From: a virus
Lineage: Duplodnaviria > Heunggongvirae > Uroviricota > Caudoviricetes
DNA: 64,000 nt
Virus record (IMG/VR): IMGVR_UViG_3300010367_000170
Strand: one strand, 5' to 3'
The notes under the pieces were generated by a model. It worked only from the letters and a program-made list of their open reading frames with translations, was not told the origin of the DNA and searched no databases. The first letter of the stretch is position 1. Each line of letters starts with the position of its first letter. Below, piece by piece: positions 49,771 through 58,265 of this stretch. Both the position numbers and the translations under genes were made by a program.

Positions 49771-50628
49771 CTAACGCTTCTTACGCCGCGCCGGAGCACG
49801 GCTCTGCATGGGTTTCGCTGGCTTCACCGACTTCTTAGCAACCTTCGGCCGGGGATGAGCCGCGCGCGTAGCAGCAGCCTTCTGTGATCTAGCCAGCTTC
49901 TGCTCCGGAGTCATCCGAGCGTTCGCCGCCTTGATGGCCTGGCTCATCTTGACCTTGCGCTCAGCCCTCTGCTCCGCCGTCATCGCCGCGTTGTGAGCCC
50001 TGATGGCCGCCACCAGCTTCAGCTTCCGCGCAGCCTTCTTCTCCACCGACATGTTGGCGTTGAGACGCTTCACAACCTCGGAGCGCTTGGCTTTCCGCGC
50101 AGCTCTCTGCTCATCAGTCAAAGCCGCCAGATGAGCCTTCAAAGTAGCTGCCCGCTTGACCTTCCGCGCAGCCCGCTCTTCAGGGGACAGCCTAGCCAAA
50201 GCAGCCTTGCGCTTCGCCGACATGTTGGCTCTGCGTGCCGCTCTCTGCTCCGGAGACATCGCCGCCAGATGGGCTCGCAGAGAAGCCTTCCTCTTAGCCG
50301 CGCGGGCCTGGCGTTGCGCAGGGGTCAGCTTAGCCAGAGCAGCCTTGCGTTTCGCGCTCATACTGGCCTTGCGTGCAGCCCTCTGAGCCGGAGACATCGC
50401 CGCGAGCTTCTTACGCATAGACGCCACGCGCTTGGCGGTCTGGGCTTTCCTCTGCGCCGCCGTCATCTTGGCGTTGCGCTTCTTGATAGCCGCAGACATC
50501 TTGGCCTTGCGCGCAGCCCTCTGAGCAGGGGTCATATGCGCTAGGCGCGCCTTCATCTTGGCGCGGAAAGCGTCTTTCTGTTTAGCGGTCCACTTGCGGC
50601 CCTTGCGGTGCTTCTTCTGGACAGGCAA
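49771..50628 (-). CDS. Highly basic Ala/Lys/Arg-rich protein built of ten tandem 23-aa repeats (285 aa)
   Basis: Repeat unit M(S/T)P(A/E)QRAARKA.MSAKRKAALA.L x10. Encoded by 69-bp tandem DNA repeats. Embedded in the head-tail gene block. Confidence 0.7.
   Translation of the reverse strand: MPVQKKHRKGRKWTAKQKDAFRAKMKARLAHMTPAQRAARKAKMSAAIKKRNAKMTAAQRKAQTAKRVASMRKKLAAMSPAQRAARKASMSAKRKAALAKLTPAQRQARAAKRKASLRAHLAAMSPEQRAARRANMSAKRKAALARLSPEERAARKVKRAATLKAHLAALTDEQRAARKAKRSEVVKRLNANMSVEKKAARKLKLVAAIRAHNAAMTAEQRAERKVKMSQAIKAANARMTPEQKLARSQKAAATRAAHPRPKVAKKSVKPAKPMQSRAPARRKKR
49842..50538. repeat. About 10 tandem 69-bp coding repeats
   Basis: 23-codon periodicity visible in the protein and in DNA (…GCCTTGCG…CGCAGCCCTCTG… recurring). 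Confidence 0.6.
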
Positions 50629-50631
50629 ATC

Positions 50632-51291
50632 TCACCGCCTGGTGTACGCCGTCAGGATCTCCATAGCGTCGAGCCGCAGGGCGTCTGGATCGTGGCCGTG
50701 CGAAGCCTGCGCAGGATCGAGCTGTTTCAACACCACCGATGCGGCCATGAATTCGGCCGCCTGCTCCAGGTCCAGGGGGACGGTGGAATACCCGCCGGAG
50801 TACGTCACGACGATGGTGGTGCCGGTGGGCACGTACGTGCCCAACTGGAACCGGCAGTGACCGGTGTCCGGTTCGTACTGCGTAGTGTTCGGTACCACGG
50901 CCTGCGTGCCGGAATAGGAACGCAGAAGCTCGATAGAGCTGATCGATCCGGTCCACATCTCCGGGTAACGCGCAGGGTGTTCCCGAACCCAGAAGTGTCG
51001 CACCAGCTGCGAGGAGCCGAGCGACTGGGCGCGGGACATACCGATCTGTGCCGACGGTTCCATTGGACCGGGGATCTCGGTGTTGTCGTCCACATCCATC
51101 ATCTGGGCCCGTTGTGTTTCGGTGATGGTGAACGGGGCCAGACGCCGGTCGGTAGCGGATTCACACATGCGGGTGGACCGCAGCATGATCCGGTCCAGGG
51201 CGGAGGGGGTGAAGTCGCGCACCAGGTCCGCGAACGCCCCTGACTGAATGATCGCGGAGGAACAGAGCGGCGTTGGGGCGTCAACGGGCAT
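50632..51291 (-). CDS. Head-tail connector-type protein (219 aa), by position
   Basis: TAGGAGCGCACC then ATG. Confidence 0.6.
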   Translation of the reverse strand: MPVDAPTPLCSSAIIQSGAFADLVRDFTPSALDRIMLRSTRMCESATDRRLAPFTITETQRAQMMDVDDNTEIPGPMEPSAQIGMSRAQSLGSSQLVRHFWVREHPARYPEMWTGSISSIELLRSYSGTQAVVPNTTQYEPDTGHCRFQLGTYVPTGTTIVVTYSGGYSTVPLDLEQAAEFMAASVVLKQLDPAQASHGHDPDALRLDAMEILTAYTRR

Positions 51292-51304
51292 GGTGCGCTC
51301 CTAT

Positions 51305-51568
51305 CTACTCGGAGATCTCGGTTTTCTTGGGGCGTCCACGCTTGGGCTTGGAGGGTTCGTCGTCGTCAGCGGGTTCCTGGGTGTTCTCCGGTTCCGTCTC
51401 CGGGTCCTCTTCCACGGGTTCGGCTTTTGGGGGTTCGGCTTCGCTGAAGCCGCCGTGGGGGATGTTGAGGAGTTCCCAGGCGAGTTCGTCGTGGACTTCG
51501 ATCACCTGTCCGTCGTGTTCCCACCGGTAGCCGGGAGCGTTTCCCGCCTGTGACTTCCGCAGATACAT
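51305..51568 (-). CDS. Small virion-module protein (87 aa), acidic/basic tail
   Basis: AAAGGCGGCAG then ATG. Confidence 0.55.
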   Translation of the reverse strand: MYLRKSQAGNAPGYRWEHDGQVIEVHDELAWELLNIPHGGFSEAEPPKAEPVEEDPETEPENTQEPADDDEPSKPKRGRPKKTEISE

Positions 51569-51674
51569 GCTGCCGCCTTTACGTCGTTTACCGGTTCCGG
51601 TAGCGTAGGTAACTCGTTACTCGGGTAGGTAGGTGCCTACCTGGTACAACACACTAACCCGGAGGAGAAGACCC
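51569..51674. promoter_or_regulatory. Divergent promoter/operator region with GTAGGTA iterons and palindrome AGGTAGGtgCCTACCT (51628-51643)
   Basis: GTAGGTA at 51606, GGTAGGTAGG at 51625-34, perfect 7-bp-arm palindrome, plus GTAACtcGTTAC (51610-21) spaced variant of the GTAACGTTAC palindrome. Confidence 0.45.
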
Positions 51675-51920
51675 GTGGATTACTTGGTGGTGCTCACCCT
51701 CGCCTACCGCGACGGCTCCCGCATGTGCTACGCCGACCACCGAGAAGTCGTCACCGTCGAAGCGGGCGACAAGACCAGCGACATCCTCCAGACCGCCCAC
51801 GACAAGATCGTCGCCGACAACAAGATCGGCAACCCCGAGGGCTGCTCCGTCACCTTCTGGAGCATCACCCCCAACGTTCTCATGCGTCCGCCCACCAACC
51901 GGCAGACAGGACGTAAGTAA
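51675..51920 (+). CDS. Hypothetical protein (81 aa), first gene of plus accessory block
   Basis: CCGGAGGAGAAGACCC then GTG 51675. Confidence 0.55.
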   Translation: MDYLVVLTLAYRDGSRMCYADHREVVTVEAGDKTSDILQTAHDKIVADNKIGNPEGCSVTFWSITPNVLMRPPTNRQTGRK

Positions 51921-51929
51921 GCTCCACGC

Positions 51930-52523
51930 ATGCCGACAACGCGCCCCGTCATCAGCTCCAAACCCATCCTCAGCTCCAAACTCCGCGTCGAACTACTACA
52001 ACGCCAAGGCCACGAACTCGTGATCAAAGCCAGCAACGAACGCGCCGAGATCGAAGTGAAACGAGCCGACCGCCAAAACCACACCGTCATCATCACCCCC
52101 GACGACGTACCGAGCCAACGCCGCAACAGCAAAACCTTCAAGAAATACCCGCAGTCCCTGCTCATCGCTCTCGCCATCCACGCCGCCTGCGACTGGAACG
52201 ACGAAGTGGACTACACCAACAAACTCGAACAAGCCACCGACGTAGACCCCACCGGCTGCGTCTGCATCATGTGCCGCGACGGACAACACGTACCCCTGAA
52301 CCGGGCCACCGCCATCAACATCGCCTACATCCTGCTAGGGAAGCAACGCAACAACACCGGACTCAACATCGACGTCGTCACCGAACACGTCGTCACCCCC
52401 GACAGCCACCTGACCCTGACCGACACCCCCCACTACGTGGAAGCCCGAGTCATGGACAACGGCAACTACCGCCGATACGACCTGCGGCCCTGGTGGGACG
52501 ACATACAGAAAGGACACACCTGA
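51930..52523 (+). CDS. Hypothetical protein (197 aa)
   Basis: ATG 10 nt after the upstream stop. Weak RBS. Strong coding bias. Confidence 0.55.
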   Translation: MPTTRPVISSKPILSSKLRVELLQRQGHELVIKASNERAEIEVKRADRQNHTVIITPDDVPSQRRNSKTFKKYPQSLLIALAIHAACDWNDEVDYTNKLEQATDVDPTGCVCIMCRDGQHVPLNRATAINIAYILLGKQRNNTGLNIDVVTEHVVTPDSHLTLTDTPHYVEARVMDNGNYRRYDLRPWWDDIQKGHT

Positions 52524-52894
52524 TGGGCTACTGGCCCCGCGCCACATTGTCATACGGCATCGACCTGCCCCGGTTCAACGCCGCAGACAACTCCTGGTAC
52601 CACCAGGACGCCCCGGAAGAAGCAGGCTCCGCCCTCATCCGCGAATCCCTCCCCGCCAACACCTGCGGCGTGATCGAACGGCCCGACGGCGGATACCGCG
52701 TCGTGGCCCGCTACTACAGCGCCGACGGCGGACGCGGCGCCAGGCCGGAACGCATCAGCGGCGAAGCTCTCATGCCGCCGGACAGCGCCGTCAACGATCT
52801 CCTGGAGGCCCTGAAACTGCTGCTGGGCGTAGAGAAACTGACCGACTTGGCAGGCGTCGAACCGGACTGGGTCCTGTCCGCCGCCACGATCTAG
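52523..52894 (+). CDS. Hypothetical protein (123 aa), ATGA-coupled
   Basis: ATG 52523 overlaps upstream TGA. Confidence 0.5.
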   Translation: MGYWPRATLSYGIDLPRFNAADNSWYHQDAPEEAGSALIRESLPANTCGVIERPDGGYRVVARYYSADGGRGARPERISGEALMPPDSAVNDLLEALKLLLGVEKLTDLAGVEPDWVLSAATI

Positions 52895-52903
52895 GGAACC
52901 GAG

Positions 52904-53641
52904 ATGAAACGGCGCGCCGTCACCGTGCCCGTCCTGTCGTACGGTCAACTGGCATTCCTGAACGCCATGACCGTCAGCAGTTTCTTCGCCGACCTCCACC
53001 ACCCGTACTGGCCGTTGAGGATGTTCTCCACGATCCTCAACGTCTGGTGCGTGTACTCCACGCTGCGCCTAATGACGCGAAACGGCCAGCCCCTCACCCT
53101 CACCGTAGGCAAGGAGAACCCCGACAGGATTTCGGCCGCGCCGGAGAAACGCGAACCGGCAGCGTTTCCCCCGGAACCCAACCAGTGTTTCGTCTGCGGC
53201 AACTACGACCCGCACCGCTTCGAGGTTTTCGGTGAAGCCGCGCACGCCACCTGCCTGGAATGGCTCGGAGACTGGCCCATGCCGTCCTGGCGGATCTGCT
53301 GCCGCGACCGGGCCGACAACCACGGCTTCCGAACCGACGGCTACATCGCCTACCGTGCGGGCCACTACCTGGTGGACCTGGGGAGCCTGCCCGGTACCGC
53401 AACCCGGCAGCAGATCATCGACCACTGCAACAGCAACACAACCCTGCGGCGCCGTCTCGACAGGGGACTGGTCGCTGAACTGGAGATGCCCAACGGGCGC
53501 ACCATCAGATACGACATCCCCGCGTCCGGGACACCCATCGACTCGGAGACAGCCAAAGCCTTCTACAACGAGGAAGGCTCGACCGTTGACGAACGGATGA
53601 TGGCCCTGTACCGCAAGAGAATCCTCAAGGAGAACGAGTGA
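52904..53641 (+). CDS. Hypothetical protein with Cys/His cluster (245 aa)
   Basis: GGGAACCGAG then ATG. CFVCG..H..CLEW..CCRD. Confidence 0.6.
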   Translation: MKRRAVTVPVLSYGQLAFLNAMTVSSFFADLHHPYWPLRMFSTILNVWCVYSTLRLMTRNGQPLTLTVGKENPDRISAAPEKREPAAFPPEPNQCFVCGNYDPHRFEVFGEAAHATCLEWLGDWPMPSWRICCRDRADNHGFRTDGYIAYRAGHYLVDLGSLPGTATRQQIIDHCNSNTTLRRRLDRGLVAELEMPNGRTIRYDIPASGTPIDSETAKAFYNEEGSTVDERMMALYRKRILKENE

Positions 53642-54135
53642 ACATTGACATGGAGAAGTGGACCCACCGCGCGGCTCCGCTCCTCATCGCCACCGTCGTC
53701 CTGTCGTCGCCCACGGTCCTGCTTCCGAGCAACTGGTGGGGACGTCTGATCAACACCGCCGTCGTTCTGCCGCTCGTGACGTTGGTGATGCTGAACCTGT
53801 ACCACGGCAAGAGGTTCTGCGAGTACTGCGCCGAAGACACGCCCGCCGACGGGCTGGCTACAGCTCGCCGCAAGTCCCGCACCCTCAAGTTCTACCACCG
53901 GTCCATCACCCCGTACGGGCTGGTGTACCTGGCGGCGATGCTGGCTGTCCCCAACATGTTGCCCCGGCTGTGGCCGTTTGCCGTCGCCTACGTCGCGTTC
54001 CAGCCTGGGCTGCTGTTCTTCATCTGGGCTACCCGCACCCACAACCTTCTGGAGCCGTGGTGCCCGTGGTGCAACGGCGGAGACGGCGGTTTGCGTGAGC
54101 CCTCCCCCGACCCCGTCATCCCCCAGAAGGTGTGA
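53638..54135 (+). CDS. Polytopic membrane protein (165 aa), GTGA-coupled
   Basis: At least 3 TM helices. C-terminal CPWCNGGDGG. Confidence 0.55.
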   Translation: MNIDMEKWTHRAAPLLIATVVLSSPTVLLPSNWWGRLINTAVVLPLVTLVMLNLYHGKRFCEYCAEDTPADGLATARRKSRTLKFYHRSITPYGLVYLAAMLAVPNMLPRLWPFAVAYVAFQPGLLFFIWATRTHNLLEPWCPWCNGGDGGLREPSPDPVIPQKV

Positions 54136-54395
54136 AAGCCGTGAGAGGTCACACGATTCCGCTGTGGTTCACGAACCTCGCTCGGTTCGCCCACGCCCCG
54201 GTCAACTTCGACCCGACCCGTGATCCGGAGTGGCTGGGCAACGAGGTCCAGGAGCAGTTGTACGGCGTCCACGTTCTGAAGCCGGGGGCACCCCGCATGC
54301 CGTTGCGGATCGTGTCCCTGGCCGAAGGGCTGCGCATGCCCCCGATAACGCCGGAGGATTGCCCTCCGGCCGGAGAGGAGACCCCCCGTGGGTGA
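54132..54395 (+). CDS. Hypothetical protein (87 aa)
   Basis: GTG overlapping the upstream stop (GTGTGA). Confidence 0.45.
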   Translation: MKAVRGHTIPLWFTNLARFAHAPVNFDPTRDPEWLGNEVQEQLYGVHVLKPGAPRMPLRIVSLAEGLRMPPITPEDCPPAGEETPRG

Positions 54396-54675
54396 GATCA
54401 TCGGCGCCGTCATCTCCCTGCTGTCCCTCGGAACCGGATACGGGCTAGGACGCATACGGCGCAGCAAGTCCCTGCCGAAACCGCCGAAGCTGAAATGCTC
54501 CTGCGACCACGGCCTGTCGTTCCACGACAAGGACACCGGACACTGCCACGGCCTCAACGAGAACAACCGGTACGAAGACGGCGTGTTCAGCTACTCCGAG
54601 CAAGAGCCGTGCACATGCCGCCAGTACGACGGGCCGGTGCCGTATGACACCTACGTGGCGAGGGAACTCACGTGA
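54388..54675 (+). CDS. Membrane-anchored Cys/His protein (95 aa)
   Basis: N-terminal TM IIGAVISLLSLGTGYGLG then CSCDHGLSFHDKDTGHCH. Confidence 0.45.
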   Translation: MGEIIGAVISLLSLGTGYGLGRIRRSKSLPKPPKLKCSCDHGLSFHDKDTGHCHGLNENNRYEDGVFSYSEQEPCTCRQYDGPVPYDTYVARELT

Positions 54676-54968
54676 TCTGGTACACCGTCTACCTCGTTGC
54701 CGGTCTGCTTCTCACGACCCTATTCCTGATCGACGTCCGTAGCATGCGGAAACACGCTGCCGAATGCGACCGGCATCGTGAGGCCAAAAGCTTCCTCGAC
54801 AAGCTGGATGAGTCCCCGCCTCTGTTGGGTTTGGTGTCCTGCTTCATGATCTTGCTGTGGCCGGTCGTGGTGTTCATGTTCCTGATGTCGCTCTTCGACG
54901 ACGATGATGATGACGACAACGAGGACGACAACGACCCGCAGACCAGAGTGCCGGTGCAATACCGATGA
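54672..54968 (+). CDS. Two-TM membrane protein with poly-Asp tail (98 aa)
   Basis: GTGA-coupled. DDDDDDDNEDDND tract before the C-terminus. Confidence 0.5.
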   Translation: MIWYTVYLVAGLLLTTLFLIDVRSMRKHAAECDRHREAKSFLDKLDESPPLLGLVSCFMILLWPVVVFMFLMSLFDDDDDDDNEDDNDPQTRVPVQYR

Positions 54969-55084
54969 TCACTCTGATCCTGGGAGCTGTGTTGTTCATC
55001 GCCTCCGGCACCCTGATGGGAATCGCAGACTGCTGGGACTACCTGAAAGCCCTCCGGGGCAGCCGACACCGCAAGGAGGAGTAG
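54965..55084 (+). CDS. Tiny membrane protein (39 aa), ATGA-coupled
   Basis: ITLILGAVLFIASGTLMGIA. Confidence 0.4.
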   Translation: MITLILGAVLFIASGTLMGIADCWDYLKALRGSRHRKEE

Positions 55085-55299
55085 TGCCGTACGCGCCGTT
55101 GAAGGATGAGCCGTACCCGCCGGAGGAATCGTGGTTCCTGGTTGTGTGGCTCGATGAGGAGGAAGCCTGGTGCCCCACCCGGCCATCCACAACCAAACCC
55201 GAAGCCTTGGAGGCGTTGAACAAGATGCGTCAAGCCGACCCGGACCGCATCGTGCGCCTGGTGCGTGAGAACCGTTTCTACAGTACGGAGGCGGACTAG
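55084..55299 (+). CDS. Hypothetical protein (71 aa)
   Basis: AAGGAGGAG then GTG 55084. Confidence 0.5.
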   Translation: MPYAPLKDEPYPPEESWFLVVWLDEEEAWCPTRPSTTKPEALEALNKMRQADPDRIVRLVRENRFYSTEAD

Positions 55300-55739
55300 T
55301 GACTGCTTACATCAGGGTAGCGGCAGCAGCCACGGCGGTGGCGGTAGGGGCCATCCTCGGTCTCGGAGCCCACCCCGGCAACCGGAAACCAACTGCTGTC
55401 GCTTCGGCAGCGCAGAGCTTGCTCTACGCCCAGCGCGTCGGCTGCACCCTCACCTGGACCGGGCGTGACGCCGTCGTGTTCACCGACACGCCCTGCCTCG
55501 CCGTCCCGGGCTTCACTACCGTAGCCGGGTACGCCCCGCCGACCGGCGACCGGCGATTCGGGGTTGTCTGCGCTCTGCGTAGCGGAGACGCCTTCAACGT
55601 CATCGCCAGCCGGGGCGGCGACGACAACGCCGGTCTGCTCTGCGACGCCATCATCGGCAAGGGCTGGAGCGAAGATCCGCAGATGGGTGACGACTTCGAC
55701 AACGTGATTCAGGAGAGTTCCCGTGCAGTCCGCGCCTGA
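55299..55739 (+). CDS. Putative secreted protein (146 aa)
   Basis: N-terminal signal-like AAAATAVAVGAILGLGA. GTG start after TAG. Confidence 0.5.
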   Translation: MTAYIRVAAAATAVAVGAILGLGAHPGNRKPTAVASAAQSLLYAQRVGCTLTWTGRDAVVFTDTPCLAVPGFTTVAGYAPPTGDRRFGVVCALRSGDAFNVIASRGGDDNAGLLCDAIIGKGWSEDPQMGDDFDNVIQESSRAVRA

Positions 55740-56112
55740 GACGGTTTCGGTTGCCGACAAGGCTTGGGCCACGTTCATTCCTGATCGTCGCCCCGCCTTC
55801 AAGGCCCACAACACGCTGGGTCAGGCGAAGAACGCCGTCATCAACATCAGCCGGTACGGCGCTCGTACCGGGTTCACCGAAGACATGGTGATCTACAAGT
55901 TGGGCGAGGACGGGCAGTACGCGCCTTGGCTGAAGATCGCCCGGGGTACGTTCCGCAACGACTACAAGGAACTGGCGGAGAAGCCGCAGAGCCGTTCCGA
56001 CAGGATGGGCGAGGTTCTGCGGCTGGAGAGGAGCCTGAGGTACCACCTCGATGAGGCGATACGTCTCCGCGTAGAGATCGAGGTGCGGCGTAAGGAACTG
56101 GAGGGGTCGTGA
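55723..56112 (+). CDS. Hypothetical protein (129 aa)
   Basis: CAGGAGAG then GTG. Confidence 0.55.
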   Translation: MQSAPETVSVADKAWATFIPDRRPAFKAHNTLGQAKNAVINISRYGARTGFTEDMVIYKLGEDGQYAPWLKIARGTFRNDYKELAEKPQSRSDRMGEVLRLERSLRYHLDEAIRLRVEIEVRRKELEGS

Positions 56113-56303
56113 GCGGGCACCGCGTGGAGCTGAAAGTCAGCTTCTGGGTTGAGGACGGTGCCGTGCGCCAGGACGTCGAGACTGTGATCAGCGTCTTGGA
56201 GGCTGCGGCGTACGAGCGGGGAGTCAGCGATTTCCGGGCGACGCCGTCCACGGTGGACGGCAATGGATGGTTCGAGAAGTACGGCTACGAGGAGAAGCGA
56301 TGA
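56109..56303 (+). CDS. Hypothetical protein (64 aa), GTGA-coupled
   Basis: GTG overlaps the upstream stop. Confidence 0.45.
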   Translation: MSGHRVELKVSFWVEDGAVRQDVETVISVLEAAAYERGVSDFRATPSTVDGNGWFEKYGYEEKR

Positions 56304-56536
56304 CTGGTGCGGAGCATTACAAGGCTGCCGAGAATCTGTTGGCGGCGTTGGAGGAAGCGTCGGAGAAGGCGCGGGAGAACGGTTCCGGCGGGTTGGAGCC
56401 TGCGACGGTGATGGCGATCCTGGCGAAGGCTCAGGTCCATGCGACGTTGGCGGATGCTGCGGCGAACGCGTTGTATGAGCCGGAGGACGGGTTGCCGGAG
56501 CCGTCGCGGACGCAGTGGTTGCGGGCAGCGAACTAG
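56300..56536 (+). CDS. Hypothetical helical protein (78 aa), ATGA-coupled
   Basis: ATG 56300 overlaps upstream TGA. Confidence 0.45.
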   Translation: MTGAEHYKAAENLLAALEEASEKARENGSGGLEPATVMAILAKAQVHATLADAAANALYEPEDGLPEPSRTQWLRAAN

Positions 56537-56553
56537 CCTCTGGAGTCTGGTGG

Positions 56554-56581
56554 AGCCCCTTCGGCACAGCTCGAAGGGGCT
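56554..56581. terminator. Hairpin AGCCCCTTCG-gcacagct-CGAAGGGGCT then TT
   Basis: Intra-block terminator between 56536 and 56647. Confidence 0.5.
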
Positions 56582-56646
56582 TTACGGCGCTTAGCCTTTC
56601 CAGTATCGTTGCTACTGCAAGCACACGACACCGGAGGAGAAGCCAA

Positions 56647-57006
56647 ATGGACACCATCGACCGAGCCCGCAGCTACGGCGTCCGGATGGACGAGTCGCTG
56701 GACTCCGCCCAAATCGCCGAGATGCACGCCGTCAAACGCGAAGAGACCGTGTCCCTGAGCGACAAGCGCCTGGCCCGCATCACCCGCCTCCGCCTCATCG
56801 GCTACAACTCCCGCGAATACCCCCGCTGGGACATCAGCTACTGCTACGGCGAACTGAAGGACGGCACCCCGGTGCGCGTGCAGCTCTACGGCAACATCGG
56901 CCGCAACTGGAAGGGCGACCTGATCAAGATCGCCCAAGCCGCAGGCGTCTTCGCCAAGGGCCTGGGCCTACTGGACGAAGACATCGTCAGCCGCCTGTAC
57001 GGCTGA
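56647..57006 (+). CDS. Hypothetical protein (119 aa)
   Basis: CCGGAGGAGAAGCCAA then ATG. Confidence 0.65.
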   Translation: MDTIDRARSYGVRMDESLDSAQIAEMHAVKREETVSLSDKRLARITRLRLIGYNSREYPRWDISYCYGELKDGTPVRVQLYGNIGRNWKGDLIKIAQAAGVFAKGLGLLDEDIVSRLYG

Positions 57007-57111
57007 ACCTGACCTCAAGGCCGAAACGCCCCACCCGGGAGGGTCGGACGTCGGACGGTGAGCACCGTCCCTGACGATGGCCGTCAGAAACCAAGAACCG
57101 GAGGAACGGCC

Positions 57112-57600
57112 ATGAACACCCGCCTGACCCGACTCGCCACGGCAACGCTCGCCGCTGCCGCTCTGGCCCTGATCCCCACCACCGCCCACGCCGGACAGTC
57201 CAACGGACCCGGACTCCCCAGCAGCCCCTCCACCTGGACCTGCCGCCAGTACAACCACATCCAGCCCTACACGTACCACGGCGTGCAATCCGAAGCCTGC
57301 GACGGCTACGCGCCCGACAGCAACAAGTTCGGAGGCGACGTGGACGCCATCGTGTGGAACGCTCGCGGCGTCCTGAAGTCCTGCACCGTACAGCTGAACA
57401 CGGTCCGCAACCACCGCGCCTACCCGATGCGCGGATACAGCGCCACCTCCAAGGCCATCGACAACGGCCACGTCTGCGACGCCCAGGCATTCTGGAAACT
57501 GCCGCGCGGCTACTACAACGTCACCACCAAGTACCAGTCCACCGGCGGCGTGCGGTACGAGACCGTACAAGGACCCGTCGTCTACTGGCCCGGCAGCTGA
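57112..57600 (+). CDS. Secreted Cys-containing protein (162 aa; Sec signal peptide)
   Basis: CCGGAGGAACGGCC then ATG. MNTRLTRLATATLAAAALALIPTTAHA cleavage-type signal. 4 Cys. Confidence 0.65.
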   Translation: MNTRLTRLATATLAAAALALIPTTAHAGQSNGPGLPSSPSTWTCRQYNHIQPYTYHGVQSEACDGYAPDSNKFGGDVDAIVWNARGVLKSCTVQLNTVRNHRAYPMRGYSATSKAIDNGHVCDAQAFWKLPRGYYNVTTKYQSTGGVRYETVQGPVVYWPGS

Positions 57601-57675
57601 CCGGGTCCGGTCCCGCCCAGACCATCACCCTGGGCGGAAGCCAGATCCATTCAGAACCGGCAACCGGAGGAACCC

Positions 57676-57861
57676 ATGTCCGCATGGCTTGACATCACGA
57701 AAGGTCACCCGCCCGTCGTCCACTTCCACCCCGACGCGTGCCGCGTCATCAACGCCGACACGATCGCCCACCAGAGCCTCAACGCCCGCACCGCCGCCAA
57801 CGGCGTTACGAACCGACAGTGGGGCCTGTGCACCGACTGCAACCGAAACCCGAAACTGTAA
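57676..57861 (+). CDS. Small Cys/His protein (61 aa)
   Basis: CCGGAGGAACCC then ATG. Confidence 0.55.
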   Translation: MSAWLDITKGHPPVVHFHPDACRVINADTIAHQSLNARTAANGVTNRQWGLCTDCNRNPKL

Positions 57862-57875
57862 CCGGAGGAACAGAA

Positions 57876-58265
57876 GTGAACGACACCAAACCCGGACGGC
57901 ACGCCCTCAAGCCGCCGCTGCCGCAGCGCATCCCCGGCCAGTCCCTGACCGACGCCTACGCCGCCGAGCAGCTGGCCGAGCAGGAGGAGACCCGGCTGAA
58001 GGCTCAGCGCCTCGACGACGTCCACGCCTGGCTGAGCGCGTGGTACCGCTCCTGCGTCGTCCACGTCCAGCTGTACAAGCAGCGCGTGTACGCGGAGGTG
58101 CTGTACATCATCGAGACCGGCAAGCTGCCCGCCGACGACCTGGCGGCTATGGCCGAGTTCGAGAAGAACCTGTACAACACCGCCCTGGCGGCCATCGAGG
58201 AACAGAACGGGAGGACCCAGTGGAGTTCGAGAACCTGCCCGCGACCATGCAGAACGCGGCGCTGA
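57876..58265 (+). CDS. Hypothetical protein (129 aa)
   Basis: CCGGAGGAACAGAA then GTG 57876. Confidence 0.5.
   Translation: MNDTKPGRHALKPPLPQRIPGQSLTDAYAAEQLAEQEETRLKAQRLDDVHAWLSAWYRSCVVHVQLYKQRVYAEVLYIIETGKLPADDLAAMAEFEKNLYNTALAAIEEQNGRTQWSSRTCPRPCRTRR

Noticed and set aside
50156-50386. 76-aa plus ORF inside the 69-bp repeat array
   Set aside because: Antisense reading of the basic-repeat gene (itself repetitive AARxAL). The minus-strand ORF is the long perfectly periodic one.
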